DNA of 64,000 nt from Azospirillum sp. (GCA_020249045.1 JADCGK010000049.1:9112-73111); one strand, 5' to 3'. Shown: positions 41,090 through 48,830, counted from the first letter of the stretch. Made by a program: numbers and translations. Notes: generated from the letters alone by a model not told the origin.

Positions 41090-41551
41090 ATGTCGATCAA
41101 GGAAGAAACCGACGCGCTCAAGCGCATTCCGCTGTTCGCGAAGCTCGACTCGGCGAAGCTCAAACTGCTCGCGTTCATGAGCCAGCGTCTGAGCTTCGAT
41201 CCCGGCCAAGCCGTGTTCGCGCAGGGCGATTCGGGGGATGCCGCCTATATCGTGCTGGAGGGCGAGGCGGTCGTGTCGATCGACACGCCCGGCGGCCCCA
41301 TCGAAATCGCGCGTCTGCTCAAGAACGAGATCGTCGGGGAGATCGCCATTCTGTGCGACGTTCCGCGCACCGCGCATGTGCGCGCGTCGGGTACGGCGCC
41401 GCTCGTTTGCCTGAAGATCGAGAAGGACGATTTCATGGCCTTGGTGAACGAGTTCCCGTCGATGGGGGTGGAGATCATGCGCGAATTGGCGCGTCGCATC
41501 GTCAGGAGCAACGCGCAATTGCGCCAGGCGATGGCGGCCAAAAGCGCGTGA
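41090..41551 (+). CDS. Stand-alone cyclic-nucleotide-binding (CAP effector-like) domain protein
   Basis: A 153-aa protein with the FAQGDSGDAAYIVLEGEAVV...GEIAIL...RTAHVRA cNMP-binding beta-roll and phosphate-binding cassette. An RBS GAGGAG precedes the ATG, which lies 12 nt after the ABC-like gene stop. Confidence 0.75.
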   Translation: MSIKEETDALKRIPLFAKLDSAKLKLLAFMSQRLSFDPGQAVFAQGDSGDAAYIVLEGEAVVSIDTPGGPIEIARLLKNEIVGEIAILCDVPRTAHVRASGTAPLVCLKIEKDDFMALVNEFPSMGVEIMRELARRIVRSNAQLRQAMAAKSA

Positions 41552-41617
41552 AGCGTTTCGGATAGGTCACCGCGCGTTTTTCGCCGCACGCCGACATCGA
41601 CCCGTGCGAAACAGCAC

Positions 41618-42766
41618 CTATCGCGCGCGATAGCTTTGCGCGGCCAATGCCGCGATGCCCGCGACCAGCCCCCAGAACGCCGCACCCACGCCGTAAAGCG
41701 TGACCCCCGAGGCCGTGACCGCGAGCGTCAGCACGGCCGGGAAGCGTTCGCTTTCCTCCTTGAGCGCGCCGGTCAAGGCGCCTTGCAGGGCGCCCACGAG
41801 GCCGAGCCCCGCGAAGGTCGCGATGAGCGCCTTGGGCAACGAGGCGAGGATCGCGACCACGGCCCCGGCGAACGCGGCCAGCAGAACGTAATAGCCGGCG
41901 TACCACAGCCCCGCGATCCAGCGCCGCTCCTTGTCCGGATGCACGTCGGGGCCCGTGCAGATCGACGCGGTGATCGCGGCCATGCCGAGCGGGATCGAAC
42001 CCGAGAACGCGCCGGCGAACGAGGCGAGGCCGGTGGCCGCGAGCGCGTCGCGCGCCGGCACGGGATAGCCCGCGGCCTTCAGAACCGCGAAGCCCGCGAG
42101 ATTTTGCGAGGCCATCGTCACGAGGTAGAGCGGAAGCGCCAGGCCCACGACGGCGCTCCATTCGAAGCTCGGCGCCACGAATACGAAGCGCGACAGGCCC
42201 AGTTCGCCGGCGATGGGGGCGGACAGGCCCAGCAGATGGGCAAGGCCCACGCCCGCGAGCAGGACCGCCACGACGGCCATATGCGGATTGAACAGCCGCA
42301 CGCCCAAAAACAGCAGGATGAGCGGCAGCACCAAAGCGGGCGCCGCTGCGGCCTGCACGAACACCTGCACGACGAACGGCAGGACGACGCCCGCGAGCAT
42401 CGCCGCGGCGATCGAGGTCGGGATCCGCGCGACCAGATCGCCGAGCGGTTTGACGAAGGCGGTCGCCACGACTGCGGCCGAAGCGACCAGATAGGCGCCG
42501 ACGGCCGCTTCGAAGCTCAACCCCGTCGTGCTGGCGATCAACGCGGCCCCGGCCGTGGCCCAGGCGGTGATCATCGGAATGCGGTGGCGCCAGCTCAACC
42601 ATGCGGCGGCGACGGCCTTGACCAAACACACGGCCGCGATCGAAGCGCCGGTCTGCGCGGGCGATGCCCCGACCGCCTCGGCCGCCGCGACCACCAGCGC
42701 GACCGTGCCGCCGAAGCCCACGATCGTCGCGATGAACGCCGCCGCCGCGGGGCCGCCGCGGCTCAT
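41618..42766 (-). CDS. BenE-family (benzoate:H+ symporter-like) membrane transporter
   Basis: A roughly 382-aa polytopic membrane protein with BenE family features (MSRGGPAAAAFIATIVGFGG...). The start overlaps the xthA stop (ATGA). Confidence 0.7.
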   Translation of the reverse strand: MSRGGPAAAAFIATIVGFGGTVALVVAAAEAVGASPAQTGASIAAVCLVKAVAAAWLSWRHRIPMITAWATAGAALIASTTGLSFEAAVGAYLVASAAVVATAFVKPLGDLVARIPTSIAAAMLAGVVLPFVVQVFVQAAAAPALVLPLILLFLGVRLFNPHMAVVAVLLAGVGLAHLLGLSAPIAGELGLSRFVFVAPSFEWSAVVGLALPLYLVTMASQNLAGFAVLKAAGYPVPARDALAATGLASFAGAFSGSIPLGMAAITASICTGPDVHPDKERRWIAGLWYAGYYVLLAAFAGAVVAILASLPKALIATFAGLGLVGALQGALTGALKEESERFPAVLTLAVTASGVTLYGVGAAFWGLVAGIAALAAQSYRAR

Positions 42767-43605
42767 AGCGCCAGATCCGCGACGACGGGCACGTGGTCGG
42801 AAGGCTGCGGCCAGTCGCGCGCCTCGCGCAGGATGTGGAAGCCTTTGAGTTTGGCGGCGAGATCGGGTGTCGCCCAAATGTGGTCGAGCCGCCGGCCGCG
42901 ATCGGATTTGCGCCAATCCGAATTGCGATAGCTCCACCACGTATAGACGCGCTGGGGCTCGGGATGGGCTTGGCGGGCGAGATCCACCCAGCCGTGGTTC
43001 TCGCGCATTTTCGAAAGCGCTTCGACCTCGACCGGCGTGTGGCTGACGACGTCGAGCAATTGCTTGTGGCTCCAGACGTCCGTTTCGAACGGCGCGATGT
43101 TCAGATCGCCCACCAAAATGCGCGGCCGGTCGCGCTTCGTCTTTTTCCAATGCGCGGCTTGCGCGCCGACGAAGTCGAGCTTGTGCTTGAACTTCGGATT
43201 GGCGGCCGGATCGGGCACGTCGCCGCCCGCCGGCACGTAGACGTCGTGCAATTCGATGCCGCCGGGCAGCGTGGCTTGCACGTGCCGGCGATCCTCGAGC
43301 CCGCACCAATGGCGCGGGGCGGTCTCGCTCAACGGCACGCGGCTGAGGATGGCCACGCCGTTGTAGCCCTTCATGCCGTGGAAGACCCGATGCGCGAAAC
43401 CCAGATCGGCCAGGGCCCCGTCCGGAAACAGCTCGTCCGGGCATTTGGTTTCCTGCAGGCACAGGATATCGGGCCGGACCAGCGCCACCAGCTTTTCGAT
43501 CAGCGGCAGGCGCAGGCGAACGGAGTTGATGTTCCAGGTTACGAGGCGCGTGGCTCCTCGCGGGGTTTTCGGCGGTCCGGAAAGGGGCGCGTAGGCGTCG
43601 GTCAT
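42763..43605 (-). CDS. xthA: Exodeoxyribonuclease III (AP endonuclease family 1)
   Basis: LVTWNINSV, LCLQETK, ...GDLNIAP..., and DHIWAT...SDHVPVVADL motifs of the EEP/Xth family. Confidence 0.85.
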   Translation of the reverse strand: MTDAYAPLSGPPKTPRGATRLVTWNINSVRLRLPLIEKLVALVRPDILCLQETKCPDELFPDGALADLGFAHRVFHGMKGYNGVAILSRVPLSETAPRHWCGLEDRRHVQATLPGGIELHDVYVPAGGDVPDPAANPKFKHKLDFVGAQAAHWKKTKRDRPRILVGDLNIAPFETDVWSHKQLLDVVSHTPVEVEALSKMRENHGWVDLARQAHPEPQRVYTWWSYRNSDWRKSDRGRRLDHIWATPDLAAKLKGFHILREARDWPQPSDHVPVVADLAL

Positions 43606-43824
43606 GCCCCCCTGTTATCGGAAATCGCGCCGGCGGTGGGGCCAAAAAGAAATGGCGCCCGGCCGGGGGGAAAGGGGCCGGGCGCCTGCGGGATCCTCGG
43701 GGAAGGATCCGTTTCTCGGGCCGTCAGGGGGGCGGCCCGGTCGATCCAAGTCGGGATCGAGCTTCATTACAGGTGGGGGCGAAGTTCGAATCTACAAGGG
43801 CTGGATGTCGTTTCTCGAAGCTGG

Positions 43825-44769
43825 TCAGTCAATAAATTTTCTCAGTAATTTCAGAGACTTATCAAAGTCTTCGAAAATCATCATATGGCTACGGCCTTCC
43901 ATTACCGCAAGCGAGGCGCCCGGCAACCGAGCGGCCGCGTCGTCCATGATGCCGGAGACCCAATCCCCGCGCGCCTTCGCCCGCGCGATGTCGCCGGCCA
44001 CGAATCCGACCGACGGCGGACTGCGGTATTCGGCAAGGCGCAGGAACAATGGGACTTTGCGGAAGGTGCGGAAAAACTCGGCCTCCATCGCCGGCGTGCA
44101 GGCCAGCCGCCACGTCGCCCCTTCCGCGCGCAGCGTCGCGGCGGCGTGATCGGCCAGGGTTTCGGGCGGAAAATCCGCGAACATTTCGCGTTGGGCCAGA
44201 TAGGCCGCGAATTCCGCAGGCCCGCCGGGAAAAACCGCCCGACGCGCCTCGGTGCGCGCGAGGCGTTTGATTTGGTTTTCGTCGGCCGCCGCACGCAGCG
44301 CGTGGCCTTCGGGCGGAAACAGCGGCGGCTCGAACAACAGCAAGCCCGCGAGATCGAGCGCCTCGAACCGCGCGCGATGGGCCGTCGCCAAATGCAGCAT
44401 CGCCGAACCGCACAGCGAATGCGCGGCGTAGCGCAAGCGCGCCTGACCCGACCAGGCTTGCGCGGCGCGCACGATCGCTTCCACATCCTCGGCCAAGCGA
44501 TCGGCCGCGCAGAATTCGGGCAGGCCGGTCTCTGCCGAGTCCGACCCGCCTTGCCCCGCGGCATCGAACGCGAACACGTCCGCCTCGGCCGCGAGCGCGC
44601 GCAACACGCGCGCGTAGCTGCCGGCCGCAAAGCCGTTGGCATGCCCCCAAAGGATCGCGTTGCCGCGACGCGGCCCGCGCAGCCGATAAAGCGCCAAGCG
44701 TCGCCCCGCCGGGCTTGCCACGCGGCGGCACTCGGCCAAATCGGCCGGCAACGAGACGAAATCGTTCAC
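43825..44769 (-). CDS. Alpha/beta-hydrolase fold protein
   Basis: LWGHANGF (oxyanion HG motif) and the AAHSLCGSA nucleophile-elbow-like region. GTG start overlaps the stop of the upstream amidotransferase (GTGA). Confidence 0.6.
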   Translation of the reverse strand: MNDFVSLPADLAECRRVASPAGRRLALYRLRGPRRGNAILWGHANGFAAGSYARVLRALAAEADVFAFDAAGQGGSDSAETGLPEFCAADRLAEDVEAIVRAAQAWSGQARLRYAAHSLCGSAMLHLATAHRARFEALDLAGLLLFEPPLFPPEGHALRAAADENQIKRLARTEARRAVFPGGPAEFAAYLAQREMFADFPPETLADHAAATLRAEGATWRLACTPAMEAEFFRTFRKVPLFLRLAEYRSPPSVGFVAGDIARAKARGDWVSGIMDDAAARLPGASLAVMEGRSHMMIFEDFDKSLKLLRKFID

Positions 44770-45527
44770 GCGGGCGTCCGTTCGGCCGCGGCGGCGGCCA
44801 CGATCCCGGCGAAATGGCGGAAGATCGCGGCACTGAAGGCGTCGCTCGTCACGTGCCATTCGGGGTGGAATTGCAGACCGAGCGCGAAACCGGGCCCGCG
44901 CGTCCACCGCACGGCTTCGATCGTGCCGTCGGCGTGCGTGGCTTCGACGGCGAGCCCGTCGGCCAGCCGGTCGATGCCCTGGCCGTGCAACGAGTTGACG
45001 AAGGCGCGCGGCGCGCCCGCCAGCGCGCGCAAGACGCCATCGGGCGCCAGGTCGATCCAATGCCGGTTGGCATAGCGCACGTTCGGATCGTCGTGGACGG
45101 GCGCTTGATGGTCGATGCGTCCGGGCAGGCGTTCGACGTACTGGTGCAACGTGCCGCCCAGCGCCACGTTGAGTTCCTGGTGGCCCCGGCACAGGCACAG
45201 GATCGGCACACCCCACGCCAAACCTTCGCGCAGCAAGGGCAGCGTGGTGGCATCGCGCGCCGGATCGGCGGGCGCGCGGCCTTCGCCGGGCGCGCCGTAC
45301 TCGGCGGGTGCGACGTTCGAAGGACTGCCGGTGAACAGCAGACCGTCGAGCCGGTCGAGCAAGCCGCGCGCGTCCTGCCGGTTGCCGATGGCCGGCAAAA
45401 CGACGGGCATCGCATCCATGCCGTCGAGCACCGCGTTCACGTATTGCGCGCGCGCGATGTGCTGAAGATGGACCGGACCTTGCTGAAGGTCCGCGGTCAC
45501 GCCGATCAGAAGGGGCCGGGACGACAT
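44766..45527 (-). CDS. Class I glutamine amidotransferase-like hydrolase (PuuD / gamma-glutamyl-GABA hydrolase family)
   Basis: LLIGVTAD..., the LCLCRGHQELNVALGG nucleophile Cys motif and an HPEW His. Start placed at MSSRPLLIGV. An upstream ATG at 45566 is an alternative. Confidence 0.7.
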   Translation of the reverse strand: MSSRPLLIGVTADLQQGPVHLQHIARAQYVNAVLDGMDAMPVVLPAIGNRQDARGLLDRLDGLLFTGSPSNVAPAEYGAPGEGRAPADPARDATTLPLLREGLAWGVPILCLCRGHQELNVALGGTLHQYVERLPGRIDHQAPVHDDPNVRYANRHWIDLAPDGVLRALAGAPRAFVNSLHGQGIDRLADGLAVEATHADGTIEAVRWTRGPGFALGLQFHPEWHVTSDAFSAAIFRHFAGIVAAAAAERTPA

Positions 45528-45624
45528 GGCTCGGATCGGTAGCACGCGCGGCGGCGTTTGATCCATATCATTGGCGCGTTCGGGCTTTCCTGGTGGGATC
45601 GGCCATCGTCAAGGAGAGCAGCCC

Positions 45625-46011
45625 ATGAACCATTTCCACGCCGTCTGCTGGATGGACCACAACGAAGCCCGCGTCTTCCACTTCGACGCCCACGATTTCG
45701 AGCGGACGACGATCCATCCCGACAAGCCCAACCGCCATCTGCACAACAAGCGCGCGCCCGAGGCGACGCACGGCGACAAGCATTTTCACGAGGCCGTCGC
45801 CCGCGCGTTGGCGGATGCGCGCGAGATCCTGCTGATGGGCCCCGGCCAGGCGAAGGTCGAGTTCCGCAAGTTCCTCGACGCGCACGCCCGCGACACCGCC
45901 AAGCGGATCGTGGCGAGCGAACAGGCCGACCACCCCACCGACGGCGAGATCGTCGCCCACGCGCGCAAGCACTTCAAGGCGATCGATCGGATGACGCCGC
46001 AACTGACCTGA
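45625..46011 (+). CDS. Hypothetical His-rich small protein
   Basis: A 128-aa ORF with a strong RBS AAGGAGAG. The N-terminal 70 residues contain 11 His (HFHAVCWMDHNEARVFHFDAHDFERTTIHPDKPNRHLHNK...HGDKHFHE). Confidence 0.5.
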   Translation: MNHFHAVCWMDHNEARVFHFDAHDFERTTIHPDKPNRHLHNKRAPEATHGDKHFHEAVARALADAREILLMGPGQAKVEFRKFLDAHARDTAKRIVASEQADHPTDGEIVAHARKHFKAIDRMTPQLT

Positions 46012-46040
46012 CGGCCGGCGGGGCCGCGCGCCAAAGAAAA

Positions 46041-46066
46041 GGGCCGGCGGATCGCTCCGCCGGCCC
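46041..46066. terminator. Bidirectional rho-independent terminator (11-bp perfect GC stem, loop TCGC)
   Basis: GGGCCGGCGGA-TCGC-TCCGCCGGCCC between convergent genes. It is preceded by AAAGAAAA, which gives a TTTTCTTT tract for the minus-strand TerC gene. Confidence 0.55.
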
Positions 46067-46091
46067 TTCGCGTTCGACGTTCGCCGCGCCG

Positions 46092-47081
46092 TCAGGCGGC
46101 GGATTTGTCGGTCTCGGGCGTGTCGCCGCGGGTCTTCCACAGCGAGTACAGGATGCCGCCCGTGATCAGCGAGACGGTCACCGACAGCGAGAACCACGCC
46201 GGCATCTTGCCGATGATCCCGACCAGGAAGATCTTGCAGCCGATGAAGATCAGCACGAAGGACAGCGCGTACTTCAGATACTTGAAGCGGTGGATCATCG
46301 CCGCCAGCGCGAAGTAAAGCGAGCGCAGGCCCAGGATCGCGAAGATGTTCGACGTGTAGACGATGAACGGGTCCTGCGTGATCGCGAAGATCGCCGGAAC
46401 CGAGTCGACCGCGAAGATCAGGTCGACGGTTTCGACCAGCACCAGGCACAGGAACAGCGGCGTGGCCCAGCGCACCATCTTGCCCGTCGTCGGGTCCGGG
46501 CGCGTCACGAAGAACTTCTGCCCGTCGAGGTCCGGCGTCACGCGCATGCGCTTCTTGAGGAAGTTCAGCACGGGATTCTCGCCGAAATTCTCCTCCTTGT
46601 CGGCCATCCACAGCATCTTGGCGCCGGTGAACACCAGGAACGCGCCGAAGATGTAGAGGATCCACTGGAACTGCGCGACCAGCGCTGCACCCAGGCCGAT
46701 CATGATCCCGCGCATCACGATCACGCCCAGGATGCCCCAGAACAGCACGCGGTGCTGGTACTTCCGGGGAACGGCGAAATACGTGAAGATCATCGAGATC
46801 GCGAAGACGTTGTCGAGCGACAGCGACCATTCGACGAAGAAGCCGGTGTAGTACTCAAGACCCGACTGGGGCCCCATGTACCACCACACCCAACCGCCGA
46901 AGAGCATCGCGAGCGCGAAGTAGAAGCCCGACAGTTTCAGGCTTTCCGCAACCTCGATTTCCTTGGTGTCCTTGTGCAGGACGCCCAAATCGAAAATCAG
47001 CAGTGCCGCGACGATCCCAAGAAAGGCCGCCCACATCCACACGGGCTTGCCCAAAAATTCGTTGGCGAACAGAAATTCCAT
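46092..47081 (-). CDS. TerC/Alx-family integral membrane protein (copy 1)
   Basis: MEFLFANEFLGKPVWMW...SLDNVFAI...AVDSVPAIFAIT, the TerC family signature. 329 aa. Confidence 0.8.
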   Translation of the reverse strand: MEFLFANEFLGKPVWMWAAFLGIVAALLIFDLGVLHKDTKEIEVAESLKLSGFYFALAMLFGGWVWWYMGPQSGLEYYTGFFVEWSLSLDNVFAISMIFTYFAVPRKYQHRVLFWGILGVIVMRGIMIGLGAALVAQFQWILYIFGAFLVFTGAKMLWMADKEENFGENPVLNFLKKRMRVTPDLDGQKFFVTRPDPTTGKMVRWATPLFLCLVLVETVDLIFAVDSVPAIFAITQDPFIVYTSNIFAILGLRSLYFALAAMIHRFKYLKYALSFVLIFIGCKIFLVGIIGKMPAWFSLSVTVSLITGGILYSLWKTRGDTPETDKSAA

Positions 47082-47284
47082 GACCCCGGTCCGTTTTTGG
47101 GCCCGAACGCCGTCGATTCCCCATGAATCGGGAGCGGACGGGCCATTGCGTTTTCCCCACTGAAGTCCGACATCGCGGCGCCGAAGCTGACCCAGTTTCC
47201 CAGCGGGTGGAAACATGAGCCGGAAGGCGCGCCGCCAGAGGGGCCCGGACCCGATTAAGGCGTAAATGGGGCGGGGGTACCCCA

Positions 47285-47340
47285 TGCGCAAGAGGGGAAA
47301 TCGAAAGAATCGACTATTTTACAGCATAACTTAGTATATT
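47285..47340 (-). promoter_or_regulatory. AT-rich island (about 30% GC) upstream of TerC copy 1; candidate promoter
   Basis: AATATACTAAGTTATGCTGTAAAATAGTCGATTC on the minus strand contains a TAAAAT -10-like hexamer. It stands out against the roughly 70% GC background. Confidence 0.3.
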
Positions 47341-47584
47341 AACCATTAAGGAACGGTCGCGCCCGCGCATAGGCATCGGCGCATGTGGCGTCGAATTCGG
47401 CGAGCACGGCTTCGATCCGGGCCGTTCCCAGCCAAACGCGCACGACCGTCGTGATGGCCCAGCCGGGTTCGGCAAGCGCGCGTTCGGCCAGGGCCGGGCC
47501 GCCGCGCCGGGCACAATCGCCCAAGGCGCGCACGACCTCCTGCGGGGCGCGGGCGGCGGCGAGCTTCTCGCCCGCCGTCGCCAT
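47339..47584 (-). CDS. Small hypothetical ORF between the TerC paralogs (doubtful)
   Basis: An 81-aa ORF (MATAGEKLAAARAPQEVVRALGD...) beginning 50 nt after the copy-2 stop. No recognisable motif. Could be non-coding leader sequence. Confidence 0.25.
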   Translation of the reverse strand: MATAGEKLAAARAPQEVVRALGDCARRGGPALAERALAEPGWAITTVVRVWLGTARIEAVLAEFDATCADAYARARPFLNG

Positions 47585-47634
47585 CGCCGGTTCGACCACG
47601 AACAGCGCGAACGCCCAAGCGAGGAAATCGCCGA

Positions 47635-48642
47635 TCAAGCGCCGCTCCCGCTCTTGGCCGGGGCGGGGGCCGCGTCGCCGCGCGTCTTCCACAACGAGTA
47701 GCCCACGCCCGCGGCCAGGATCGCGAAGGTGATCGACAGCGACCACGCGGGCGGGAACTTGTCGAGGCCCATGAGGTCGGCGACGAAGATCTTCGATCCG
47801 ATGAAGACCAGCAGCACGGCCAATGCGTACTTCAGGTACTTGAAGCGGTGCACCATCGCGGCCAACGCGAAGTAGAGCGCGCGCAACCCGAGGATCGCGA
47901 AGATGTTGGACGTGTAGACGATGAACGGATCGGTGGTGATCGCGAAGATCGCCGGAACCGAATCGACCGCGAAGATCACGTCGGCGATTTCGATCAGCAC
48001 AAGCGCCAGGAACAGCGGCGTCGCCCAGGTGACGGTCTTGCCCGTCTTCGGATCGGGCTTGCGCACGAAGAACTTCTCGCCCTCCAGCGTTTCGGTCACG
48101 CGCATGCGCCGCTTCATCCAGCCGATCAGCGGATTGGCGCCGACGTCGTACTCCTTGTCCGCCATGATCCACATCTTCACGCCGGTGACGATCAGGAACG
48201 CGGCGAAGATGTAAAGCACCCACGAGAACTGCGCGACGAGCGTGGCGCCCAGACCGATCATGATCGCGCGCAACACGATGACGCCCAAAATGCCCCAGAA
48301 CAGAACGCGATGCTGGTAAAGGCGCGGGACGGCGAAATACGCGAAGATCATCGCGATGACGAAGACGTTGTCCATCGCCAGCGTCTTCTCGACGACGAAG
48401 CCGGTCACATACTCGACGGCCGAGTCGCGGCCGAGATTCCACCAAACCAAGCCGCCGAAGCCGAGGCCCATCGCGATGTAACCCGCCGACAAGACGAGGC
48501 TTTCGCGCACTTCGATTTCGCGGTTGTCGCGGTGGAGCACGCCCAAATCGAACGCCAGCAAGGCGACGACGATGCCCAGGAAGCCCCACCACATCCATGC
48601 GGGCTTGCCCAAAAAATCAGCCAAAAACAGAGACTCGATCAT
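47635..48642 (-). CDS. TerC/Alx-family integral membrane protein (copy 2)
   Basis: MIESLFLADFLGKPAWMW...AMDNVFVI...AVDSVPAIFAIT. 335 aa. About 65% identical to copy 1 by eye. Confidence 0.8.
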   Translation of the reverse strand: MIESLFLADFLGKPAWMWWGFLGIVVALLAFDLGVLHRDNREIEVRESLVLSAGYIAMGLGFGGLVWWNLGRDSAVEYVTGFVVEKTLAMDNVFVIAMIFAYFAVPRLYQHRVLFWGILGVIVLRAIMIGLGATLVAQFSWVLYIFAAFLIVTGVKMWIMADKEYDVGANPLIGWMKRRMRVTETLEGEKFFVRKPDPKTGKTVTWATPLFLALVLIEIADVIFAVDSVPAIFAITTDPFIVYTSNIFAILGLRALYFALAAMVHRFKYLKYALAVLLVFIGSKIFVADLMGLDKFPPAWSLSITFAILAAGVGYSLWKTRGDAAPAPAKSGSGA

Positions 48643-48830
48643 TCCGCCTAGCCCCTCCTGAGGGCGCGAAAGAGCGTTTCGAAGGCCGGACCGACATCGC
48701 GCGCGCCAAGTGCACGCCAGAGGGGCCCGGATTCCGGCCGTTGTTCTGCGGAGATGGCGTCCCGCGCCGCGCTCCGCAAGGGGGGCGTCCGAAAAATCGG
48801 ACGCCAAATCGCATCAGAACCCAAATCGTA

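Noticed and set aside
43776-43800. Possible tRNA gene, because of an exact GTTCGAATC T-loop motif.
   Set aside because: The flanking bases cannot form a T-stem or an acceptor stem. No cloverleaf is possible on either strand. Kept only as a possible remnant (see finding).
47082-47340. Canonical yybP-ykoY Mn2+ riboswitch upstream of TerC copy 1, and likewise 48643-48840 for copy 2.
   Set aside because: I could not find the conserved L1 (GGGGAGUAG-like) and L3 elements by eye. I report only the shared leader blocks. This needs a covariance-model search.
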